The position numbers and the translations under genes are program-made. From Armatimonadota bacterium (GTDB taxonomy: Bacteria; Armatimonadota; Armatimonadia; Armatimonadales; Armatimonadaceae): DNA of 19,255 nt. Below are positions 1 to 8,712 of the stretch, in pieces (positions within the stretch are counted from its first letter, which is position 1; each line of letters begins with the position of its first letter). The notes below the pieces were generated by a model. The model saw only the letters and a program-made list of their open reading frames with translations, was not told where the DNA came from and did no database searches. The stretch is from assembly GCA_043754515.1 (NCBI GenBank), contig JAYUUO010000012.1, forward strand, positions 1 to 19,255, written 5' to 3'.

Positions 1-280
1 TGATACTGCTGGCGAATTCAGATCAGGCTCCTGCTGAGACAGGGACAGCCCCCTGCATAACCTGCCAGAATAAGGAGTGACGTGTCTTGGCACGGGGAAC
101 ACCCAGAAACCACTCGCCCAACCGAACGAAGTTGAGGGCGACCGCTGTCAACAGGTGACCCAAATGTACCTTAGGCAAACCTATATACCGGGTGCGGCGC
201 AGACGACACCGGCGTATACCCCGTGAAAGTGTGCCTTCAATGCCAGCACGGTGAGCGTATAATTGCTGATAAGCCGTGGT

Positions 281-311
281 CACTACGGTCTCGCGCGGGC
301 GAGAATGTAGC
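281..311. repeat. 31-bp hairpin-forming insertion in the transposase
   Basis: ctac-gg-tctcgc-gcgg-gcgaga-at-gtag stem-loop, flanked by CA at 281-282 and 312-313. Deleting it restores ...AARARVLTTAYQQLYAHRAGIEG. Confidence 0.75.
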
Positions 312-1424
312 CAACACCCGTGCTCGCGCTGCCAAAAGAGCCTGATGTTGCTCCTGTACCCGCAGGGTTACCGTGCGACGGGGGACGACTTTTTCGGCAC
401 GGGTACACAACTCCCGGCTTGGGCAAACACTACAGTCGCGCGTGGAAAACTTGATTTTTATTACCTCGTTGACGCGCTGATCAAGGGCAGATGTCCAACT
501 AACGCTCGTTTTACCGGTAGGGCAGGTCGCCTTCCGCTTTTCCCAGTCTATAGAGAAATTCTCGGCAGCAAACCCCTGAGCGGCTTGTGCTTGCCATTTC
601 ACATCTGGGCGCGGTGGTCCCAAGAGTTCAACACCGAAGTCACGTTGACTTGCAACAAGAAGGGCTGCATCCAGATAACCGGTATCTACAATGTGCGGAT
701 GTGGCAATAAGTCTTTCTTTTGCAGGGCGCGGTGAATGGATGGCGTGACCTCCCCATCGGCGACGCAACCTGCGGTTGTTTCCACATGGGTAATAAGTAG
801 CGGGAAGTCTTTCTCACACGTTTCCGTCCAGTGAACTTTGTATCCAACCCACTGCGTAGTGCGCTTACGTGCCAGGTGGGCATCGGCGTCAAAAGGGGAG
901 CTGATAAATAAAGCCGCCGGTGGAATATTATCGGATTCGCGCCACGTAATGCCTTCGGGTGTGGTTTGGTAGTTTTGTACAAAAATGCGCCGTAATACCT
1001 CAACCGCAGGCATTTGACGCATCCATACTGGGGTTTCAGGAGAAAAAAGTGGCTCCAGTAAGGCAAATGCGTCTGCTCCCATAGTCGATACCAATGCTTT
1101 CTTCTGCGCTTCGCTCTTAGGGGAGTGGTCGTGCCCGAAACGAGAAACGTACCGGGCGGGCCACTGGCTGTCAGCGTTTTGGCAAACCCAGTCGGGTGCA
1201 GCAAGCGCAAGCGCTTCCAAAGTGTGCCGTATCGCCTCGCTGACGACCTCAACGCGGTTCAGAGCGCGAACAGCAGCAAGCACGTGGGTGGAATCGGTTC
1301 TTTGCTTCACGGCTGATTTGAGTAGCCCTTTTTCGCGTACAAGACTCAGGAGCGTGTCCAACAAAAGTTGTTCCGCATCCGCGTTCAAAAGGCGTTTCCG
1401 GAACTCACACAAGACCGATGCGTC

Positions 1425-1450
1425 TCTCGACACTTCGCGGCGAAGTTCGA
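1425..1450. repeat. 26-bp palindromic insertion in the transposase
   Basis: tcga-c-acttcgc-g-gcgaagt-tcga. Deleting it restores LELDDPG(L)DASVLCEFR, matching the family motif DPGFD.SVL.EFR; the exact boundary is uncertain by about 1 bp. Confidence 0.75.
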
Positions 1451-2049
1451 TAAGCCAGGGTCGTCTAATTCCAGAGAAAGCAAGTATTTCCAATCGATTC
1501 TGCTTTGCACGGCTTCCACGGTGCGTCGGTCGGAAAGTCCTTCGGCATATTGCAAGATGGTGACAAGGGCCAAACGCCACGGTGCTTGCGCGGGCTTTCC
1601 TCGTTCGGGGAACAAGCCGGTGAATAGTTCATCGGTGAAAAGAGCGGGCAGTTCGTCCCGAAGTGTCAGGTAAAGGTTCCCTTTGGGAAAGGCAAGCCGA
1701 GCGATCCGCTGTGTTTGGGGCGGTACAAGGGGAATTATAGAGGGACGCAACGACATCACAAACCTCCGTGCGAGCAAGATAGCCTTATTTTACCCACTCA
1801 TCCCAATAGCGGCTCCGAATTCGCCAGCAGTATCAAATGTGCGGATGAACCATTTTTATACGGCGTTTGACATCAAGAGCGAAAAGAGCAAGCGACAACC
1901 GGCGAATCGGGCGGAAAAACGGTATCATCTCACGCAAGACAAAAAGGTTAAGAATACATCCATCTCCTAACTAAAACCGTTTTTGAGGGCGGTTTGAATT
2001 ATGACCACGCCTCAGTTAATCTTCTGACAAAAGACGAGCAGGATGGGTA

Positions 2050-2505
2050 TCAAGTCAAATATGACTCCGCACCGCATATCGGGCAAAGAGAATTTTTGTG
2101 AGTTCCTGCTAATTCAATTTCTGGATGATTCTCAGCACACCACCCAAATTGACAAACGGAGTCGTTTATGTCCGCGATATCTGATTGCTCTATGCCTCTA
2201 ACTCGTACGATACTGTTCCGAGATTTATCAACGTAAGATAGAAACACGAGGTCCTGCCAATGTGGGTAATTTTCAGTGTCACTCATCTTACCAGGGCGTA
2301 ATATACAGAACGCTAGCCCATGAAACTCCCGATTCCTTTTTGTACTATCGGAGTACAATTCCGACAATTTTCGCAGAGCTTCGATCAAATGTCCTTCTGG
2401 GAGAGCTGCAAGTACCTCAACTGCATGGTCAACTTCTCCGCTTGAGATGAGACGTGATCGGTAGGTGATATTGTCTCCGTCTTCATTGTTGTCTTCAATT
2501 GCCAT
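2050..2505 (-). CDS. Hypothetical protein, candidate toxin-immunity protein with C-terminal Cys/His cluster
   Basis: 151-aa ORF with ATG and upstream AGGA, overlapping the upstream toxin-like ORF by 11 nt. AT-richer DNA, acidic N-terminus, ends CQFGWCAENH...CPICG. Confidence 0.65.
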   Translation of the reverse strand: MAIEDNNEDGDNITYRSRLISSGEVDHAVEVLAALPEGHLIEALRKLSELYSDSTKRNREFHGLAFCILRPGKMSDTENYPHWQDLVFLSYVDKSRNSIVRVRGIEQSDIADINDSVCQFGWCAENHPEIELAGTHKNSLCPICGAESYLT

Positions 2506-2966
2506 GTATGTTTTTTCCTGTAACTTTCAAAAAATATAGTAAGTTGATCAGTGCCGATCGAGATTTTACCACTAAAACCCTTCCGTCAAGAGCTTCGGTA
2601 GCCTGTTTTGCATAGTTCGGCGCATACAAAATAACAGTTTTATGTAATGGATTGCGGCCTTGGTCGTTATTCAGAACATTCAACAACTGGCCACCCTTAC
2701 CACCTGTTACTTGAGTAATCTCGACAATAGCTTCACGTGTCTCAAGATCATTCTCTGCATCAGCTGCTGTAGAACCCTTCCAGCTCACTGCGGTTATATC
2801 TAAGCCTTTGATCTGTAGCATTCTTTCGATGACGTCTACTTCCAACTGTTTGCCGCGAATTTACCCGGCATTAGTAAGACTGGCAAGCTCTGTTTTTAGA
2901 CCGTTGAATTTTGCTCTAATTTCAGTAGATGTCATTACATGCGGATCATTATTGCGAGTAGTAGTA
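2495..2966 (-). pseudogene. Truncated polymorphic-toxin-like C-terminal domain, probable restriction-endonuclease (PD-(D/E)XK-like) fold
   Basis: The frame runs from the IS982 boundary (TTTRNNDPHVMTSTEIRAKF...) through one in-frame TAA (2861-2863) into ORF 2495-2845, which has the pattern E..V....ENDLET..AIVEIT....GK..Q....NP..K.VILYAP. The 5' part is missing. Confidence 0.5.
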
Positions 2967-3909
2967 ACTCAAGTTGCTACCGTTTGAAGCACCACTGGAT
3001 GCTCGGTAGCGGCGTGATTTGTCACGGCTTGAAGCACCCGCGGACCCTTGGTAAAGTAGGATCGCCAGACTCTACACCACCGAGGTACGCGGATGCCCGA
3101 GAAGATTATAACCCTTTACTGCTTTTTTGACGACCTGCTCAAGGCCCTCGGCCACCGCGACGATCCGCAGGCCGTTGTCTCCACCGCCGAGGTCATGACC
3201 GTCGCGGCCGTCGCGGCCGAGTTCTTCACCGGCAACCACCAGAAGTCCCTGGACTTCCTTTGCAGCCACGGATACATTCCCGCTCTCTCCAAGAGCCGCT
3301 TCAGCCGCCGCCTGCACCGGATCCCCGAGAGCCTCTGGCAGTTCGCGATGCACGTGCTTGCGCGCATCAAGGAGCGCACGAACGCCTTCCTGGTGGACAG
3401 CTTCCCGGTCCCTGTGTGCAAAAACATCCGGATCAGCCGCTGTAAGATTTACCGGGGCGAGGCGTACCGCGGTTATACCGCCAGTAAAAGGGAGTACTTC
3501 TACGGCCTGAAGGTCTGCCTGATCGTGACGGACGCGGGCCTGCCCGTGGAACTGGTCTTCGTGCCGGGCGGCACCCACGACGTCGTGGCCCTGCGCTCCA
3601 TGGGCCTCGACCTGCCCGAGCGCAGCGTGCTGATCGGCGACAAGGGGTTCCTGGACCGGGGGTTCGAGACGGATCTCAAAGAGGATGCCGACATCAACCT
3701 GATCGTGCCGCGCCGCAAGAACATGAGGGAGCAGCTCGACGACCTGGTCGGGTGGGTGGCGGGCTCGATGCGCAAGCGGGTGGAGACGACGTTCAGCGAG
3801 TTGTCGGCGCGTCTGGCGCGGTCGGTGCATGCCGTGACGCCGCGCGGTTTCGAGTTGAAAGTCTTCGTAACCGTGCTTACTTACACTATACTACGGTAGC
3901 AACTCGGGT
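2967..3909 (+). mobile_element. IS982-family insertion sequence (about 943 bp)
   Basis: Imperfect 17-bp terminal IRs: actcaagttgctaccgt (2967-2983) and acggtagcaactcgggt (3893-3909), 15/17 match. The right end reads ACCC on the reverse strand, as is typical for IS982. Single transposase ORF with its stop codon inside the right IR. Confidence 0.88.
3093..3899 (+). CDS. IS982-family DDE transposase
   Basis: 268 aa, intact. Motifs ITLYCFFDDLL, SRFSRRL, VDSFPVPVC, YFYGLK, GDKGF, RKRVETTFS. Confidence 0.93.
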   Translation: MPEKIITLYCFFDDLLKALGHRDDPQAVVSTAEVMTVAAVAAEFFTGNHQKSLDFLCSHGYIPALSKSRFSRRLHRIPESLWQFAMHVLARIKERTNAFLVDSFPVPVCKNIRISRCKIYRGEAYRGYTASKREYFYGLKVCLIVTDAGLPVELVFVPGGTHDVVALRSMGLDLPERSVLIGDKGFLDRGFETDLKEDADINLIVPRRKNMREQLDDLVGWVAGSMRKRVETTFSELSARLARSVHAVTPRGFELKVFVTVLTYTILR

Positions 3910-3911
3910 TA

Positions 3912-6900
3912 TTTATTATTCGCTTTCGTAACCGAAGCCCCTTCCGCGCCCTGCCGGGCGCGCTATCCGGCCTGTCGCTTGTCGTCGGCGGCGTGCTACC
4001 CATTCCCCCGCCGTGTCACGCCCAGACGGCGGCATCACCCGCCCGCACCCTGTGTCGCGGGAGTACGCGACTACCGGAAGGCTGGGCGCTCAACTCGTGG
4101 GAACTCGCGGAGGCACGGCTTGACGCGACGCTCCCCACGCCAGGCGGTCTCGCCTCGATACGCATCGGCGGCGGGCCGGACGGCAAGATCCGGGGCTGGG
4201 CGGGCGCGCGTATCACACTCGCCGAACCGCGCCGCGACCGTGCGATCCCGCTCCTCGCCGAAGACAGGAACAGCGGCGCGCTCAACATCCTGATCAACAG
4301 CGGGCAGAACCGGGTCGGTTCGTTCGAGGGCGGCCAGCCTCTCCAGATCAATATTCGCGTGCTGTATGACGACGGCACGGTCTCCCCGGAACTGAACTAT
4401 GTCGGGATAGCCGCATACACCGAAGGCGGCGTGATTGACGCCGATCCGCGGACGTGGCAACGGGTGTCCATCCCGCTCGCCGCGTTCAACGCCTCTCCCG
4501 AAGTTCGCAAACGGGCGGTCGGCATTTGTAGCGTGCTATTCCAATTCCAGACCGGGACGCCGATTCTGTCCGGAATACACCTCGATTTCATCGGGGTGGG
4601 CGCGCCGACCTATGACGCGGCGGCCGAAGCCGCCGCCGCGCCCCCGCCGCCTGCCGACCCCGCCCGCTTCCCCGCGTTCGGTAGCCTGCGCCCGCCGTTC
4701 CTCACCCCGTCCAACCAGCGCTTCGGGATAGGTCGCTGGGGAAACTATACGCTTGATTGTAAGCCGCGTTTTATTATCGGGGCGGAGATGCCGGAGATGA
4801 TTCATGCCTCGCTCGCACCGACCGCAGGATACCCGGAATCACTGCGCTGGCTCTACGAGAAGCCACTGACTTATGAGACATCCCAGCGGCTCGGCCTTGG
4901 CGCCGTCGGCTACTTCGTGCCCGCCGAATGGGTAAAGCGGATTGACCCATCCGTGTACTGGACGCTGGCGCGGCCCGGCGACGATGCGTTCATCGTGGAC
5001 GTCATCCGAAACCTCAAACTGCCGCTTTACGTGGACTACACCTGTGCCCCGTGGTCACACGGCGCGCTCTACGATTCGGCGAAGATCCCGGTCGGGGCGA
5101 AGAACGTCAGCCGCCCGGAGACTCCAGGAAACCACCAGGTGCCTTACGCGCTACTGAACCCGGAAGGGCGCGCCCTACACCACGAGATGTTCCAGGCCGG
5201 GGCGCGGCAGGTAGTCGCGGCGGGGGGACACGCCCTGTTCTATGAACTGTTCAATGAACCAGCGTATGATGACCCGTCCCCTTATAACCGCGCGGCATTC
5301 GTGGCGCGGATGCGGGGGCGGTACACACCACGGACGCCCCAAACGCGGACTGGCACACGGCGTACCCGACGTTCGACGCGCTACGCGATTTCAAGAGCCG
5401 GGCCGACAACCCGGCGTTGTCAGTCGAGTGGCGCAAGTTCATGGAGGATGTTTTCGTGGACGGGTGCCGCTTCGGGATGCGGGCTATTCGAGAGATTGAC
5501 AAGGCCGACCCGAACTTCGTGGTGCAGGGGCTGGGGCAGGATTTCTACCGGGTGTTGCCGCGCTCAAACGTCAACCCGTACAAGTTGGCCGCGCTTTTCA
5601 AGGCACTGTCGAGCGGCACCGAAGAGGGTCTGGAGTGGCCCGACGCCGGGGGAGTGAAGACGCCGCCTAACCGCGCCGTGGATGTTTCGGTGTTCTCGCA
5701 ACGCTTCGAGGGGATGCTGTACCGCCATTGCCTGCGCTCGATCAGCCGGGGCAAGCCTGTACATGACGGCGAGCATTATATCGAGCGTCGCGGCATCTCG
5801 GACGGTTTCTGGCTCCAACTTGTGCGGGCGGGAGCGGCGCGTTCATTTTCAAGTGGGATAAACGGGCCTGGGACCCGGCGTGGGGCGCGAAGAAGGACGC
5901 GTTCGGTGGCAAAAAACTCGCGCCGCTGTTCCCGTACAGCGTGCTGAACCCGTACGCGCTATCGCCGAACACGCTCGCGGACATCTCCAAGACGAAGCGC
6001 GAAATCGCGTCGCTTTCCGACCTGTTCGTCCCGCGCCAGAACCGGTCCAAGCCGCGCATCGCCCCGGTCCTGTCGTACCCGACCGAGCATTATTCACAGG
6101 CAGTGAATAGCACCGCCCATGACCTGATCCGGGATTACGCCACCGCTCTGGACTTCTCCCACCACGATATAGACGTGGTTTTAGAGGAGCAGTTACCGGA
6201 AGGTCGCCTCAATGAGTATAACGTCCTGGTCGCGGCGGGGGTCTCGAATGTCTACGACGGGACGGGAACGCGCCTACGCGGTTGGGTGGAGGCGGGCGGC
6301 ACGCTGATATTGGGCGGCGAGGCGATGCGGAGCGACGAGCATAACAACCCGCAAACGCGAACGCGCTTCCTCGGTCTGGAAATGGGCGATCTACTCGTGG
6401 ACGCGCCCGCGCCTTTTCGCGCCGAGGCGTCGCTCTAGGCGACCTACATGCCGGGCGATTTCGTCGCTAGTCCATTCCGACGCCCCGGCGCGACCGCGCC
6501 CGAATGGGTGACACTCGCGACCGCCGGTAACGTGCCCACGCTACTCGCGCGGCGGCTGGGACGCGGGCGCGTCTACTTCCTGAACGCGCGGATGGCAGAG
6601 TACCCGCTCGCAAGTGTCCTCAGCGGGATCTTGGGCAGGGTCGGCGTTCCCCGTCTGGCGGAAGTGGTACGCACGGAGTCGCCGGTCGGAACGGTAGGCG
6701 CGGAGCTCGAGCCGAACATTGAGGTTCGGAAGTTCGCGAACCCGCGCGAGACCGGCTACTTCCTGTTCAACTGGGACGGCTACGCGAAAACAGTCCGTTT
6801 CCGCTCGCCGGAGACGCGGGGACTCAATGCCAGCGTCCGTGATCCGCTAGCCAAAAAAACCCTCGCTCTAAAGGACGGGTATGTCACGGTGAGCATCCCG

Positions 6901-7053
6901 TCGAACGGGAAGCGCATTCTGGTGATCCGATCCGGTCCCCCCGCGAGGCCCGCCGGTAACCAGGCGGCGGGTGACAAGCCGGTACCGGTACGCATCCGGG
7001 ATCAGCGCGGCGCAGGAGGCGCACCCACGCGTGGCGGGGCGAGAACCGGCTAG
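3912..7053 (+). pseudogene. Secreted CBM-like + GH42-like (beta-galactosidase-type, clan GH-A) glycoside hydrolase, disrupted
   Basis: Signal-peptide-like stretch (IRFRNRSPFRALPGALSGLSLVVGGVL..CHA-Q) with no ATG, beta-sandwich with WQRVSIPLAAF, Ala/Pro linker, YELFNEP acid/base motif, RY.T.DA.NADW.T.Y..FD, and a GH42 trimerisation-like region (YNVLV..G...LRGWVEAGGTLI). Lesions: 1-nt shifts near 5325 and 5828, in-frame TAG at 6436-6438. Confidence 0.75.
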
Positions 7054-7142
7054 CGTAGGGAGCACCGACAGCCCGATGAATCCGGCACAGACGGCGGCGG
7101 GTAGTGCTTTCCGGGACGGAGCCGATTTCCGCGCTCCGCGCT

Positions 7143-7358
7143 TCATCGTTGTTTCTCGCGCGAGGGCTGATCTCGCGCTTCCAGCAGTTCTGCCATTTGC
7201 GCGTAAGGGTTACGTTTGTTACGTTCTTCCTCTTCCTTGAGTTTGGCGTCCAGTGTGCGGATGGCGCGCATCTTCCGCCCGGCGTTCAGGCAGAGGTACG
7301 CGATCACCGGCAAGCCGAGTGCCCAGACGACGAGGCGGAAAATTTCGTAGGGTGTCAT
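7143..7358 (-). CDS. Small single-pass membrane protein with charged coiled-coil-like tail
   Basis: 71 aa, ATG start, hydrophobic IFRLVVWALGLPVIAYLCL then a K/E/R-rich helix; fills the gap between neighbouring genes. Confidence 0.65.
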   Translation of the reverse strand: MTPYEIFRLVVWALGLPVIAYLCLNAGRKMRAIRTLDAKLKEEEERNKRNPYAQMAELLEARDQPSREKQR

Positions 7359-7405
7359 GATTTTTTAGCGGGCGCGAAAGCGGTGTTTTCGGGTACCCTC
7401 TCCGT

Positions 7406-7414
7406 TGGTATACT
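7406..7414 (+). promoter_or_regulatory. Extended -10 promoter element (TGgTATACT) upstream of the PAP2 gene
   Basis: TGnTATACT in the divergent intergenic region; the identical 9-mer occurs at 18937-18945 before another gene start. Confidence 0.5.
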
Positions 7415-7486
7415 ACAGCGTGGGCGGCGGGGGGTGCCACACCCTTCATGGATTGCGTCGGGGTAAAAGGATAGCGCGGGCATAAC

Positions 7487-8299
7487 ATGGGATTGGGAAG
7501 CATCGGGCGACATATCGCGGCGAAGGTAAGTCGCGGCATCGGCAAAAACTTGCGGAAGTACGTCGCCCCCGCGCTCCCGATCATCGTCACGCCGGTTGCC
7601 ATCGGCGCGGGACTGTCCGCCGCCGCGCTGGCATTGTTTTTGAACCTCGCCGACGACGTGCGACAGCAGGACGGGGTTTGGCGTTTCGACCACGACGGAT
7701 TGAAGCTCGGACTCTCCTTGCGCAACCCGCGCCGCACCATGGTGATGAACACCGCCTCCGCGCTAGCCCGCCCCGACATTATGACAGGCATCGGTTTTCT
7801 GGCAGTAATCGGCGCGTGGCAGATTCCCAAACTACGCCCGCAGTGTATTCTGCTCGCCGTGTCCTTGACCGGCGGCGGAATCATGATCGGCGTCATGAAG
7901 ACCCGGTACGAGCGTGCGCGCCCTTCCCTGATCGAGGCTCTCGCCCGTGAGGGGACGTTCTCGTTCCCGTCGGGTCACTCGTTCATCTCGCTCTGCTTTT
8001 ATGGGATTCTGACGTACTGGTGGCTACGCTCGCGGCGCAGCTGGCTTCAACGAGTCGTCACCGTGATCGTGTCGGGGTTCGGCATCCTGCTGGTCGGCGC
8101 GAGCCGCGTCTACATCGGGGTACATTATCCGAGCGACGTGCTGGCGGGCTACGCCGCCGCAGTGCCCTGGCTGACTGCCTGTTTAACCGCTTATCACCAG
8201 TATGAGCGTCGGGTCGCGGCGAAGCTACTACCGGCACCACCCGAGTTCGAGATCGCCATGGAGGAAGATTTTGTTACAAACCAACTTACTGCAACCTGA
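7487..8299 (+). CDS. PAP2-family membrane phosphatase
   Basis: All three catalytic motifs present: K..YERARP, SFPSGH, SRVYIGVHYPSDV; several hydrophobic segments. Confidence 0.92.
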   Translation: MGLGSIGRHIAAKVSRGIGKNLRKYVAPALPIIVTPVAIGAGLSAAALALFLNLADDVRQQDGVWRFDHDGLKLGLSLRNPRRTMVMNTASALARPDIMTGIGFLAVIGAWQIPKLRPQCILLAVSLTGGGIMIGVMKTRYERARPSLIEALAREGTFSFPSGHSFISLCFYGILTYWWLRSRRSWLQRVVTVIVSGFGILLVGASRVYIGVHYPSDVLAGYAAAVPWLTACLTAYHQYERRVAAKLLPAPPEFEIAMEEDFVTNQLTAT

Positions 8300-8696
8300 C
8301 ATTTTGCAAGCACTCGGCGGGGCTGGACACGGTGCGAAAGTGCTGATTTCGGACGGCAACTTCCCGCACTCGACCGGCTCCAATTACTACGCGAAGAAGG
8401 TGTTCTTGAATCTCGCGCCTGGTCTGCTGACAGTCACGGCGGTGCTAGAAGTGATAGCAACCGCGATCCCGGTGGAAGCCGTGGAAGTGATGGCGACCGC
8501 CGATGGTTCGGAGCCGCTGATCTGGGCGGAGTTCCGTGCCCTGCTACCGGGGCACCGGCTGGAGCCGCGCGAACGCTGGGCATTCTACGAGGCGGCACGC
8601 TCTTCGGATGTCGCGCTCGTGATCGCAACCGGTGAGCAACGCATCTACGCGAACATACTGCTGACCATCGGCGTCCGCGCTCAGGGCGAGGGTTAG
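8271..8696 (+). CDS. RbsD/FucU-family sugar mutarotase/pyranase
   Basis: GHG.KVLISDGNFP, ERWAFYEAA, IATGEQRIYANILL. Likely TTG start at 8271 with GGAGGA at 8260-8265, overlapping the PAP2 gene end by 29 nt. Confidence 0.88.
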   Translation: MLQTNLLQPDILQALGGAGHGAKVLISDGNFPHSTGSNYYAKKVFLNLAPGLLTVTAVLEVIATAIPVEAVEVMATADGSEPLIWAEFRALLPGHRLEPRERWAFYEAARSSDVALVIATGEQRIYANILLTIGVRAQGEG

Positions 8697-8712
8697 TCCG
8701 ACCTCCTACGAC

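Larger units (their letters stand above)
23..1756 (-). pseudogene. IS1182-family transposase, split into three pieces by two insertions
   Basis: ORFs 1385-1777, 237-1580 and 23-283 carry consecutive parts of one protein: LALVTILQYAEGLSDR..IDWKYLL (DUF772-like N-terminus), QRTDSTH, VDTGY, CPTG..CSVCPSRELCT, RAGIEGTLS. Removing 1425-1450 and 281-311 restores a single 558-aa frame from the ATG at 1756. Confidence 0.9.
1..1835 (-). mobile_element. IS1182-family insertion sequence (transposase inactivated)
   Basis: Terminal inverted repeats: 1-19 tgatactgctggcgaattc is the exact reverse complement of 1817-1835 (21/22 match over 1-22 vs 1814-1835). They enclose a minus-strand DDE transposase. The left flank is outside the window, so a target duplication cannot be checked. 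Confidence 0.9.

Noticed and set aside
237..1777. Programmed ribosomal frameshifting as the reason for the split transposase
   Set aside because: No slippery run at either junction; both shifts coincide with discrete extra blocks that interrupt conserved protein motifs.
276..1970. Plus-strand and alternative-frame ORFs over the IS1182 element (276-710, 686-1252, 1222-1563, 1368-1673, 1683-1970)
   Set aside because: Shadows of the transposase frame with no recognisable motifs; 1683-1970 crosses the IS boundary.
1974..1995. aaaccg/cggttt hairpin as a terminator for the toxin-immunity pair
   Set aside because: Short, AT-rich stem with a long loop and a poor U-tract; not enough support.
3013..3026. 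cgtga-tttg-tcacg as a CRP site
   Set aside because: The spacer is 4 bp rather than 6, and it lies within an IS end.
6436..6438. In-frame TAG as pyrrolysine or stop-codon recoding
   Set aside because: The same gene has two frameshifts and no start, and TAG ends intact genes here (3899, 8696, 14636); a nonsense mutation is simpler.
8202..8270. Longer N-terminus for the RbsD/FucU ORF
   Set aside because: Lies inside the PAP2 gene; family similarity and the SD sequence point to TTG 8271.
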